Shown piece after piece: positions 41,524 through 54,224 of a stretch of DNA of 64,000 nt (within the stretch, counting starts at the first letter, position 1; each line of letters starts with the position of its first letter). The translations under genes were made by a program, and so were the position numbers. This DNA comes from Epiperipatus broadwayi (taxonomy: Eukaryota > Animalia > Onychophora). The stretch covers positions 4,030,001-4,094,000 of the forward strand of contig JAQFVV010000002.1 in NCBI GenBank assembly GCA_028023455.1, read 5' to 3'. The notes below the pieces were generated by a model. That model did not search any database, was not told where the DNA came from, and saw nothing but the letters and a program-made list of their open reading frames with translations.

Positions 41524-44500
41524 TAATCATCCAGTTGAGATCACTAATTTTATAACTCTAAAAATGTCATTTGAGATATTTTGTAAGATATAAAGAATTA
41601 TGTTCATGATAAAACAAAAATTTATGACTGAAAATTTTCTCATTAAGCTTTAAGATGTTTTTATATTTTAAAAATTATTGTTTGTAATTATGATCCTGTT
41701 TCTTTATATGTTCCAGATTTTTCGTCATTTCAATACTTGTAGCAAAGTTAGTTGTTTTTCCTAAATATTATCAGGCATGATTATATTTTTGTAATATATT
41801 AATAGTTAATGGTCTTTTGCCTAAAATCAAAGGAAATTTATTGATATATTGGTTATCAACTATTGTCAAAAATAATTTTACCTATTTGAATGTTCAGAAA
41901 AATTATCATGTTATTATTATGAAACAAATTGTCTTGATATTTTTACACAAAATTAGTGTTATTTATTCATTCTCATTTGGTAAAAAGCTTTTTATATTTG
42001 ACATAAAAAACAGCTTATTGAACACCTTAATAAAAAGGTCAACAAGAAAGAATATTCCAAAGAAACATAATTATTTAATATTTTAATCTTAGCAAAACAA
42101 AATTTTTTTAAATTCTTGACTTTCACAATTCACTCATAACATTTTGATGCTTACAATGCTAATATAAAAATTACAATGAAAATTGTATAAAATTATACAG
42201 GAAGTTAAGTTAGAAAAATAATTAAAAATAAAATGTTTGATAGTTTGGCAATGTAATCAACAAAAGAATCAAACAAATAAATAAGTAGATAAATAAACAT
42301 CTTTTTATAAAGAATAAATCTATTTATTTGATGTATAGATGTATTAGAGACAAATATACAAGAAGGGATCTGAAAATAATCATAATTTTGTAATAAAAAA
42401 TTGATTATTTATTTTTAGTTGTTGCAAATTGAATCCCTTTCAAAGTATAGTCTATTTAATCCAATGCACAGATCTAAATGTGTTTTTCACTTTCTTGAAC
42501 TAGCCCAGAAACACTTGCAAAGTGATACCTTTTAATGTCTCTGTCATTTTTTTCTTCATGACTTTTAAGTCCATGAAAGAAAAAAAATAGACATTTTTTT
42601 ATTCAAGAAAAAAAAAAAGAAGTCACATGAAATAACATCGAGTAAATATAGATGATGGATAAGGTTGTTCTTGCTGAATTTAATTAAAAATTGTTTTATA
42701 CTCGGAGTTTTGTATACTAGCGCATTGTCACAATGCACTTCTCATTTTGCCACAAAATTGAATGTTTAAGTTTTACCACATTATGCACAAGTTTCAAAAC
42801 TTAGTTTTTAAATGCCTGATTATTATTTTTTCTCATGTGTCATAGCATCAGCCAGGAAGTGAACCCACTAACCTGGGACAACTGCTTGTAAAGCATCTGT
42901 CACTGAGCTCTCGATCATCAATGCATTGACAAATGCCTGATTATTAAGAATGAATTTTGAATGAAGAATGATGTTTGCATTCAAAAAAATCATAATCATC
43001 TTGAATTTGAACTTCAATTGCCATGCTTTTTTGGGATGTGATGAATTTGACACTTCCGATAAATCATTCATAATTTTTTTTTTCCAGAGCAATTTGCTTG
43101 TAAGCTGTTTCATGCATTACAGATGTTTACCCAGCCATTTTCCTTAAAAGAAAACAGAATTTCATGCTGTTCTAACTTTTTAGCCATTACAAAAACTGAC
43201 AAATACGTGAAACATACTTTAGAAAAAATTTCCTTTATGGCATTACAATTTTACACGAAGACTTCATTTGGCAGATTGATGCAAAAAGATCCCAGCAAAA
43301 GGTGTCTAGCAGAAGAAGCCTGTTTTACAGCAGGTGTTCCTATCAGAAAACAATTCTAATTATTTTGAGTCTCCTCTCATATAATAAGCAATAAATAATA
43401 TCTGGTATTTATTTATTTTATTGTTTAGATCTTTTTAATTTCAGAATTTAAAAGGGCAAGGTATAGGGTTTTTTTTGTATTCATGGTTGTAAGAGAAACA
43501 ATTTTAATATATAATATACAAAGAAACATGTCAATCTATATAAATTTTGTAGGGTGTGATCACAGAGACCATTGAACTAATATTGCAGCACTTCCTTACA
43601 GAGGATAGGAGAGGGATCTGCTTAATTTAGATCAATTAAATAATATATTTTCTGAATATATCAGTTTAGGAATGATTAAACAGTATAAAATATAATAATA
43701 TACATCATAAATAATTTATATAAAATTCATTTTTGTTAAAGCCCTATGATTAAATAAAAAACAAAACAAAAGAACTTAATATCTTATATATTTCTCATTT
43801 ATATGAATTAAGAAATATAAAAAATACCAGTTTGTTAAAAAATTTTGTTTTTGAAATCAAAAGGCTAATTAAAGATTTTATTAAAACAGGTGAAATATTA
43901 GAGAACATTTAAAAAAACTCTGATCAGATGAGTGGATAAATTTCTGAGTTTTGGAAAATATTTATTTTTCCCAACAGATTAGTAATAATATAAAAGGCTA
44001 TAAAAACAGTTTATTCATGATATCATTATTTATACTAAGGTATTCATTATGTATTCAGTAAAGTTAGAAAATGTAAGCATTCACATTTCATGTCTATTAT
44101 GGATAGATAATGCCTTAGACCAAGTAAAGAGGATATCAACAATATTCCCAGGTAGGTTTTAACAGTAAATACCACAATAACAATAGGTAAACATTATCAT
44201 TTGGTAAAGAAAAGTAAAATATAAATATAAAAAGTATCTTTCACTAAATTCCTTAAATGCAATGATGATAATTTATATTTATAACTTTCTCAGGATGTTC
44301 AGATACTAACCACTAGATATGTATCCTCCATTTCTTTTTTCACTTATATAGCACCGATAAATAAACCAATGGCCAACAAGAACTATTAATTAGCTTTTAC
44401 GTTATAATTTGTAACCTCCTGTACCAAAGCATATGTTAAAATTATCCTAAGCTGTTATGTTATATGCTGATGTGCTTACTTAACATAATCAATAATTAGT

Positions 44501-46135
44501 GAAAGCATTTCTAACTATGCTGATAAATAATTCACACATGGATCTTTAAATAATTATAGAAAGAAAGTGAACTATATTTTAAATTAAAAAAGGATTTTCA
44601 TATTAAAGAATTTAATCTACAAAAGTGTAAAAAATGAGTCATTAGATATATAAGGCATCTATCTCTGTTTGTGCATAGTACTTGTAACTACAAAAAATTT
44701 CATTATTTAATCAAAAAAGCATAGATTATAATTTTTTCATTTAAAAATTAATCTGCCTTTCCCTCTCTTTTCTTGTAATTTGATACTTTACGAGAAGTCA
44801 TTCTTGTAATTTTCTGCAAGAGGAGAAAGTAATTTTATGTCAAGTTTGAAAAATAAGGTGGATTGTTTTGTTCACAGTAATACAAATTTTTTTTTACGTT
44901 TAAAATTTATGTTGCAGTATGAAATACTATGTGTCAAAATATTTTTTCATTGAATAATAATTTATGGATTACTGGTGAACTACAAAAGAATTAAATAAAA
45001 TAGAACTATTGCTTAACTACAAGATAAATACCAATTTTAGAAATGTACATATATGAATCTCATAATTTACACCCATATACATCTCTGATGTTTGCATCAA
45101 TAAAATTTCTAGTTATTAATGAATTTGTTATTATATATATTGCATAATATGTAGTTAAGTGATTAAGAATATTTTAGTATAGCATTCATTATTTTCAATG
45201 CTTTATGTTAGCTAAAATCCAGAAGCAATAATAGGAAAGAATTAATGAAATTTCAGAGATTGAATTAATGTCTGTAGACTAGTTCATTATTTTTAACAGC
45301 GGTAATGTAAATAACAATATTTACCAGTATTAAGAATAAATAAAAAGCTATTTTTCGATATTATCTTTTTTGAAAACTATTTAAGGGTAGATAATACATC
45401 CTAAACACAATTATAGAGTAAGGATTTAATATAATAATTGTAAACAGAATAGAGTTATAACTTTGATCATTACAGTAGTTTAGGATTCATTTATAATATC
45501 AGTTGAGGCACCCCAGTGACATTAGAATCTCATAAATTCTGTTATATTTTACTTAAACATCATGTTACTGCTCAAGCATCAGCAATTTCAGATTCTCTAG
45601 TCCTGTTGCAATATAAAATAAATTTTAAATGATCTCAAGGAGTTGTAATTCTAAACATACAAAAAAAAATGTACAGATTATCATCTGTAAATTATTTATC
45701 TCTCAAAAATTCAGCTATTTTTTTTGTTTTATGTCGGTATATTTCTGCTTTATTACTATTTACTCTCATTGAAAAATTAAAGGTTCATATTTTATGAAAA
45801 CATATTTTATACTCTCCCAAGATTATATTCTATGCAAAGATTTTATTCAATTGCAGAAACAATTCATATTAATTCCATTATATTCACTGACACAAGATAA
45901 AGGGTGGTAGAATCAAGGACCAAAGACCCAAGAATTGAAATTCAGCTTTGTCACAATCCACTTGATTATTCTTTGCTATATCTAATGGATGCAACTCTCT
46001 TTGATATCACTTACATATCTTTACTTATTGACATTTAATTCTTAATTTATGCAGAAACAAGTACTTAGAATATTGCAATTTTATCTTCCACAATGAGAAA
46101 ATATCTTTAAAAAATAAAATGCTTTAAGATTTTGG

Positions 46136-48360
46136 AATATATAGAGTATATGAGCACAGACTTTCACATGACCCACCTCTCTTCACACTATCTCATAACA
46201 CTGATACACTTGAACATATATATATATATTGTAACGATCGAAATGAAGTGAAGATCGAATCTAACTGCAATCTGCATTACAGAAGCGCCATCTAGGCATT
46301 TGGGCCTAGAAAAATTTATAAAGTAGGCAGATACGTGCTGTTAAGATTCCACTTTATTTAAATATTCAGATCGTTAGCCCAAGTCACTAGCTCAGTGGAA
46401 CAGCAGAGATTATAAAATATAACTTTATATCTTAAATATAAAAAAAATAAAAGCCACTGCCATAAATTAACACATAAAAATATTTATTAAGCACATATAA
46501 AATCATTCTAATTTGAGGAGTAAGTTTAACATTTTAGATTTTTATATTAATCTTTAAATTTACATTTAACTAGATTGCAATAATGAGTTTAATATTTATT
46601 TAGTGAGTCGAGTATGAATAGACTATATAGATTGTATTTGCAAAGAAAAATGTTCTATCCCTTATTTCACCTTAGGCCAAAAAGTTCGCAGTCAAACCGG
46701 CGCCAATCCATCTGATACATTTATGTATTCAATGTAGCATGAAAATACGACAACACAAAATACTATACTGTCAAGAATGTACATCTGAACAGTAAGTAGA
46801 GTTAGAGAAGACATTGTCTCTCCACCAACAGGAATGCTACATCTGTTGGCGAGTAGAACAATAAACAAAAAACTCCATAGGAATGAACTGTGGTCCTTTG
46901 CCAACTTACAAACCCATCCATAGGCAAACAGAAGGTATGTGGCGTATATATGCAATCCTGCCTGTAGCGGATCTCATACTACATCTACTAATTACACAAA
47001 TATATTCAATCCATTGAGCTAATTCAACTACGAAACGAATAACCTAAGATTACCCTCCCTTAAACTATATAAACTTTACAAATCTATACAGTCATTCACG
47101 CCCAACTTAAATTTAACATTTATTATGTTTGCACAGATGAATTTTATAAAATTTGTTTTAAAATGTTGAGTATAGATCGGCTGCACAGATTCCATGGTTA
47201 AAAACATTCCAAAATAAACATAACCGATCAAAATACAAAGTCATCGATAATGTCAATTGCATAGGGAATACAAAAAAACCCCAATAGCATTCATCATAAG
47301 ATGCCGCAGTGACATGATGACTTATATATTCCAATCGACTATGAAACAGCAACACAATTAACCATTAACGAATCTATGCAATGTCTATACCCAACTTTAA
47401 ATTTCATGCATTTAAATAATTTATATGATAAGTATTAATACAAATAAAAAATAATAAAATGGAAATGATGTTTATCAATGCAAAACATATAAATTTAAAC
47501 ATTTTCAATTGATTTTAAACTTAAAAGTCAGATAGAAGTTCATAAGCTTGAACGAAAGTTCTTAATTATTTTTAAATTTTAGAGTTCATGTCAATAGCTT
47601 ACAGTAGAAGAATCACTGCTCTTGATGTAAATTTCCACGGAGTCTTTATTTAAAAACCTGGTCATATGTTCCGGAGGTAGCATTAGCTGGTTCATTTTGG
47701 TATCACAGTCAGTTCATTTTTAAAATAGAGAGAGAGTGTGATATGTACATCCTATGACGACCCTCAAAAACAAGCTGGAAAATCTGTCAGGAAAACTGTA
47801 TTTCTCCTTTTATAGTATCCACACAGATTCAACCAACAAAACGTCACTAATCCATCCTTTTCATTCAGGTCCGGGATGAGGCTTGGTGCTTCCATTGGTC
47901 AAGCTAATTTCTCTTTATTCTCTTATCTAACTTTTCATCTGACCTTTTAATTACACAGCTTTTGGATAATTAATAAACAATCATTTCCATTTACAGATTA
48001 TAGGAATTAATTAATACCTGTTTTTATTTTAACTTATGTTATTTCTTTATTAAAATATTTCTATATTTAAGTCTTTTATTTTTTTATCAAAAAAATGCGT
48101 TCAATACTTTTTTTATTTATAAAAAATTTTTTTTAAAGTTTTGCATCTGTGCGAATATAATATATATGTTATACGTTTAACAAACATTTTAATTTTAGCG
48201 TTTAGTTTTTTGTTTTTTTTATTACATTTATTTTTATTTGCGAACTTAAAAGTTTTTATTTCAATTAAATGTAACGACATATTTATATATCGTTACAATA
48301 TATATTACCCTATATATTACATATATAGACACAGGTATATAATAAGCTTATGTGTTTCAG
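46136..48360. mobile_element. Short family B2 fold-back insertion (arms 46136-46229 and 48298-48360) split by a nested element
   Basis: The left arm matches 53996-54085 and the right arm matches 56530-56583. Flanked by tttaa(g/a)attttgg at 46123-46135 and 48361-48373 (13 bp, 1 mismatch). Confidence 0.75.
46230..48297. mobile_element. 2068-bp TGT..ACA element (solo LTR, or Ginger-like element)
   Basis: Termini TGTAACGAT / ATCGTTACA, ATAT on both sides within an (AT)n tract, and CpG retained relative to the flanks. On the minus strand there are CCAAT, TATAAAAGG (~47812) and AATAAA (~47647). Confidence 0.65.
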
Positions 48361-48687
48361 TTTAAAATTTTGGGTAAAATATATGACTAAGATTTTATTA
48401 TTTAGTATATTAGCTTCTAAACTGGTAATTCATCAATCAGAAAATCTTTAATTCCAATAAAGTTTCTTTATGTTAAGATTTGAATTTATTTATATTAGTA
48501 CCTCAATCATTTTTGATTATTTGTTATCAACTTTAAATTTTATCCTATAATTGCAACAGAATGTCCATAGTAAAATTTTTGTGATCAAATTTTGTCACTT
48601 ATTGAATTGAAATATTAATGCACTCTACTTTTATATTTAAAGTTTTAACTATTAAAAGATTGTCCATGTATGATTACATATATGTAT

Positions 48688-50087
48688 TGTACCATTTATT
48701 TATATAGTACAAATATATTGGCAATCGGTAAGATATTTAAAAGCTAAGAAAAAAAAGTAAATTTAGTGATTTTTTAAAAGAAAAACATTTTTAGATTTTT
48801 TTTTTCTGATTAGTATAATTTTTTTTTTTTTAAACGTACAATGAAGGTTAAAATTGTCGTTCATATTTTTTTTATGTAATTAAAAATAAAAGTTAAAATT
48901 GGGGAGAACAAAAGACACACAAATTACCAATCTAGATAAGCTAAAAGAAAAATATTTTAGCTAATTAAAGATGGCAGAATTATGCTAAAAAAATAAAGAC
49001 TTTGTAACGTAAATTTTATAAAGAATTTACAAGATTATCAACGTATATTTTTGACAAACCAAAGGTATGCGTAGAAGTCTGAAAACTGGACCTCTAGTAT
49101 AAAAAGGAAGAGGCCAGTTTGATCAATGTCTTGTTTCATCTGCTTTTCCTATGGTCGGTTCTGGATAACAAAAGAATATATCCAGGATCACCCTATGATG
49201 AACTAATTCTGCATGTTGGAGTGAACTGGAGCTTTTGATGACATCATTCCTGAAGATGGACACCAGAAAAGCTTTAGTGACTGACCAGTAGAATAGACCA
49301 AGATCAACCAATGGCCGAGCTCATTCTCCCACAATAAAAACTATGCATAGTAATTTACAATCTTCTCACTAAACTTACCAGTAAACTATGATTCATTATT
49401 CCCGATTATGACTAAATTGCTGGCAAACCATTCTTAAAAATAAGCTTAAAATAATCCCAATAGAGACTTTAATTTTATTGATCAAGAGACTTGTTTACCC
49501 AAGAACTTTTTAATAATTGTTTAACTGTTATTTTTTATTAATGGATCCATATCTGGATTAGTGAGTGTTCTCTTCAGTTTTATTTAATTCGTAATTTATC
49601 TTTAACATTTTAATTTGTTAGAATAAAAGTATTTATTTCTAAAATCAACTTTTCATTTGTACATTATTAATAATAGTTATTAATGATTATTATTAAATTT
49701 ATTAATATTAGTTTAATAAGATTTGAAAATATAATTTACCTTTGCCAATATGTGTTGACTAAGCTCCAGGAATAATGATATTTAGAAAATAATTCTAGTT
49801 ATGGTAAAATATAATACCGATTCTTTTAAAAACATTTTTCTTTTTAATTTGTGAGACATGATGCGACAGATATCAGCGGATTCTTACATGAATTCTGGTG
49901 CCCTGATAAAAAGAAATAAAAGCTGATTTCATTGATGGTGTAAATCGTAATAATTACTAGGTAGAGTTGATCAGGAAATATAGTTATGTTTTTAGAAATA
50001 GGAATGAAACTTTCTTTTTTTTGCATAACTTGATCAATTCACACATTATTGCGTATACTGAAAACTAGTCAGATGGAAAATGTTACA
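48688..50087 (+). mobile_element. Candidate 1.4-kb solo LTR (TG..CA)
   Basis: Starts TGTACCA and ends TGTTACA, with GTAT on both sides (48684-48687 and 50088-50091). TATAAAAAGG at ~49099, AATAAA at ~49333, CpG retained. Confidence 0.4.
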
Positions 50088-51653
50088 GTATATTGTAACA
50101 TTTGTATTACATGGCATACAATAACATAGTGTGTGTGCACAAATATGTATAAAGTTGAAAGGAAAAGTAGAAATAGACACAGACAAAAATTTTGTAAATA
50201 TTTTCTACATTTCCCTGGAATAAAATCACATTAAAGAGTTAAATAATTTTGAATTTAAAAAAATATTGTATTATAAATTAAACAGTTAAAAAGATATAAA
50301 TAAATACTTTTATCAAATTCTGATTTTGAAATTAAAAACAAGCATGCTTCCTAATAATTGTAAAAATCCATTATCTATTCCAGAAATCCTTTTTAAAGTT
50401 AAGCTTGTAAATCATATTCTTATAAAATTCAAAGTTGCTTCCAAAAAGATTAGAGAGATATGAAAAAAAAGTTTTTAATTAATGTATTTTTATTACACCA
50501 CCCTACTATAAAAAGAGTGGATAAAAAGATGAAAGCTGTAGTAGTTGTTTTGAGAAGTTTGTTGCAGGGATAGAAATTGATTTTCTGCAATTGTTGGTTT
50601 TTAAAGTTATACAAATAGTTACCATGAAATTATAAATGATTGCAAAGAGAATAAGACCAACAGGTGCTGTACATGTCACTATGAAGGAGTTTTGATTCAT
50701 ACAAAAGCTTGACATGGTTTCTGTGTTCATTAGCCTGCACAAATGTGTTCTAAAAAATAAATGCTTGCTTGAAGTCTATCCAATCCTAGACCAAAGAGAG
50801 ATTATTGCAGACCAACAAATACCTGGACTACACCTGTCCTAATGATGACACCCATCAGCTTGCTGAAAAATTGGTGTATGTATGGTGTCTATATGCAAAC
50901 AACCACAGATAAGTGTACCACATTGTAATTATATAACATGCAGTGGTGAGTTATTTCAAATAATTTATGTAAATGACATTTTAAATGAGATAGATATATA
51001 GAACAATATTATTTTAAATTTATTAAAGAAATAAACATTTAAAATTTATATTTTAAATTTGAAGACATTATAATTAGTTAAAAGTGATTGATGATAGTGA
51101 TACATATATATAGAACAATATTATTTTAAATCACTTATGGAAAAAGAGACATTTAAAATCAATATTTTTAAAAAGTAACATAAATTTTTCTTGAATGAAA
51201 TAAAAGTCACAGATGATTATATATATATATAAAGAAATTGTTTTAAGCAATTACTTACAAATGACATTTTAAAAGTGAAATAAGTAAAATAATTTTTGCC
51301 TGAATTAAAAAAAAAGCTAAAGAAAGAATTAAACTTCAAAGTATTTCTAGATCAGAACACCTGCTGGAGTATTTGTTTTAAGAACATTTATAATTGATAA
51401 ACAGTAATCTGTCAAAGGCTGATATTATTTTCTTTTAAGAAAAGAAAAACACTTTTTTATGAAAAAATTTAATAACTGATTCATATTATTTTATATATAT
51501 ATATGCACTCACATGGGAATATTATATATATTCAATGAGGAATTAATTAGGAAAAAGATATTTTTAATAACATTATTATTTTGTCATATCAAAAATATTA
51601 TATGATGTAAATGACAGTGTGTGCTTAAATTGCTAACCGCCCACACATATATC

Positions 51654-51870
51654 TCCCCCCCCACCCCCCCCCCTCCCCCCCCCCCCCCCCCACCCCCCCC
51701 CCCCCCCCCAAAACACCCCCCCCACCACAACAACCCCCCTAAAAACAATCCCCCCCCCACCCCTCCCCAAAACCCAAAACCCACCCCCACCCCCCCCACC
51801 CCACCCGGACCCCCCCCCGGAAAAAAAAACCCACGCCGTTTCCCCCGCAACTGGGGAATTGGGGTCCGTT
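51654..51870. repeat. C-rich low-complexity tract (G-rich on the minus strand); possible sequencing or assembly noise
   Basis: Long C homopolymers followed by irregular C/A runs, in a region that is otherwise ~25% GC by eye. Confidence 0.8.
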
Positions 51871-54098
51871 GTTAAATCTCATCAATTATGTACTATAAAA
51901 AGTAAAATGAGGGTTTTTCTATTATGAAATGACAATTCAAATATGTTAATAAATTATTATACCCACATCTGTGTGATGATATATATGTGCTTTATGTAAA
52001 CCCTAGTATAAGATATTCAGATTATTAAAATGGGATAATTGAAATTGTGATCACATATTGTATTTTATATGTTGATTGATCAAATGTACTGCACATCTTT
52101 GTGCAAATACTAATGTGTGTCATATAGACATGTATAGTAAATTTTAATCATGTATTTTATTTTATGGCAAGTCAAACATGTTCAGAAATTATTCTCACCT
52201 ATTTGTGTGCATGTATATCAATGAGTGCCATGTAAACACATATGTAGGATTTAATCACATTTAAAATTTTATTAAATGTCAATTGAAATATAGTTATTGT
52301 ATATTATCCTATGAGCTGGGTGCTGATATGTATATATATATATTTTTTTTTTATCTAAACCATTTATGAGGTATTGTAAATCACAATGTGATAGTTTTTA
52401 TTTTGGTATATTAATCATTATCAGAAGACTTATATGTGTATACCATATTCTAAAGAGCTTAATATCATTTTTTATTGTTATTAATAAAGTTGTACTCATT
52501 GTTAAAATTATTCCAGTGAACTTGATTCTAAATGGTTTTAGAATATTATATGTTGCATCATCTCTTGATCATAGTAACAGTTATAGAGCTTATGTTCTCT
52601 GAGTTGGATTCATGCATAACAATCTGATATATAAAAGGGAATGTATGTTAGTGTTTATGGGCATGGAGTGATGATGATGATATTCATATCAGTGATGATG
52701 ATGACATACAGATTGGCATGAAGAGTATATTCTTTAAAGCATATGCACTACATTTTATTTTAGTTTGGTTTATATTCGAATTTAAATTTATAGTTGGTCA
52801 GAACACTGTTGATACTAAATGGCCAGAGCATTGATTATAATCAACATGTTTTAATATCCCAGCATTATTGTTTTTGTTGTATTCTTATGGATTAGCACTT
52901 AAGTTTGTGCATTCAACTAATGATTTTAATAATCTGCCCCAATCTGGAAATGGTTAAATAGTTGGTCTGGTCTACAGTAGACTCATTTCAAATCCAGTTC
53001 CAAGATTGATTGTTGACTTATTTTGATTGTTAATCATTCATGATAATGAATGACTATTGCTTATGCTTATTTATAATGCTGGTAAATTGTTCTTTAATTA
53101 CACTTATAGTGACTAGTGAATTGACTGGACTGATCTCCCAGAGAGTTCTCATGATCTCTCATGCTCTTATAATATATAACATTATTATATTTTTTTGATA
53201 TTAAACATTACTTTAATATCTTACTTGAAATTTATCTTATATATTAAATTTCATTATTTGAATTACTTATTTTATTTGGTTATGATGATTTTCTATCACC
53301 ATCACCATATCCTTAACTATTAAATTTACCCCATCCCATTATAATATATTGTAACATAATAAAATAAGAATATATTTTTCTTTTAATGCCCCACAGATTC
53401 GGTAGCCATTTATAACAAAATGAAAATATGAATGAAGGAAGAACAATTCTAATTTAAGAATGCCCATAAATTAATCAATGAATAACATTCTAACACTTAA
53501 GTCAATAAAACAATGATATTAATCTTTGTTGCAAACTTATGAATTTAAATAGCATTTAGAATGAATAGAAAACAAGCAAAAGCATTATTTCAAACACCCT
53601 AAAATATGAACATTATTTGCAATTGATTAAAGATAAAGCAATAAAACTAAATATCATCTTATAAATAACAATCTATGCTTATTACATAATCCACTTGTAA
53701 TATAATAAAAATAACGACAAAAAATTAGACAAATAAATCTTAATATTCTTTATAAATCAAAATACTTTATAATAATACAAATTGATATCAAAAGTCAAAT
53801 ATTATCTTATTTATCTTTAAATGAAATAATTCATGTATGAATTAGATAATAATTTTAATATGCTCTATAAATGTAAAATATCCATGACATCTACATAAAT
53901 AGATAACTCTACAAATGATTTTCATTACAACCAAATAAAATCAAATGTAATACTAACTTAGCTATACTATTCCTCTAATATTAATATACTCTTATTGATA
54001 TATAGGGTATATGAGCACAGACTTCCACATGACCCACCATTCTCCACTCTATCTCATAACACTGATACACTTGAACATATATATGTCAAAAAGATAAA

Positions 54099-54156
54099 TA
54101 ATCACTAATACATGTATTTCATGTTAAATCAGCAATCATCAGTTCATCCCAATTAT
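54099..54156 (-). ncRNA. Type I hammerhead ribozyme (family B2), core intact, stems decayed
   Basis: Minus strand: GAUGAA CUGAUGA UUGCUGAUUUAACAU GAAA UACAU GUA / UUAGUGAUU. Confidence 0.45.
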
Positions 54157-54224
54157 CATCTCTATACATATATTCAATAAGTGCTCAGATATATATTAAG
54201 ATAGCCAATCTTCACACTTTAATG

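Noticed and set aside
41168-41530. 120-aa minus-strand ORF
   Set aside because: It is the antisense shadow of the plus-strand RTE 3' end.
42850-43360. ORFs 42868-43113 (-) and 43123-43359 (+) as exons or transposase
   Set aside because: No recognisable domain and no consistent splice structure.
49003-50087. Alternative element start at tgtaacgt (49003)
   Set aside because: The flanks (actt, gtat) do not form a TSD; a start at 48688 does.
51584-51875. Gly-rich and Pro-rich ORFs
   Set aside because: They result from the C-rich low-complexity tract, which may itself be an artefact.
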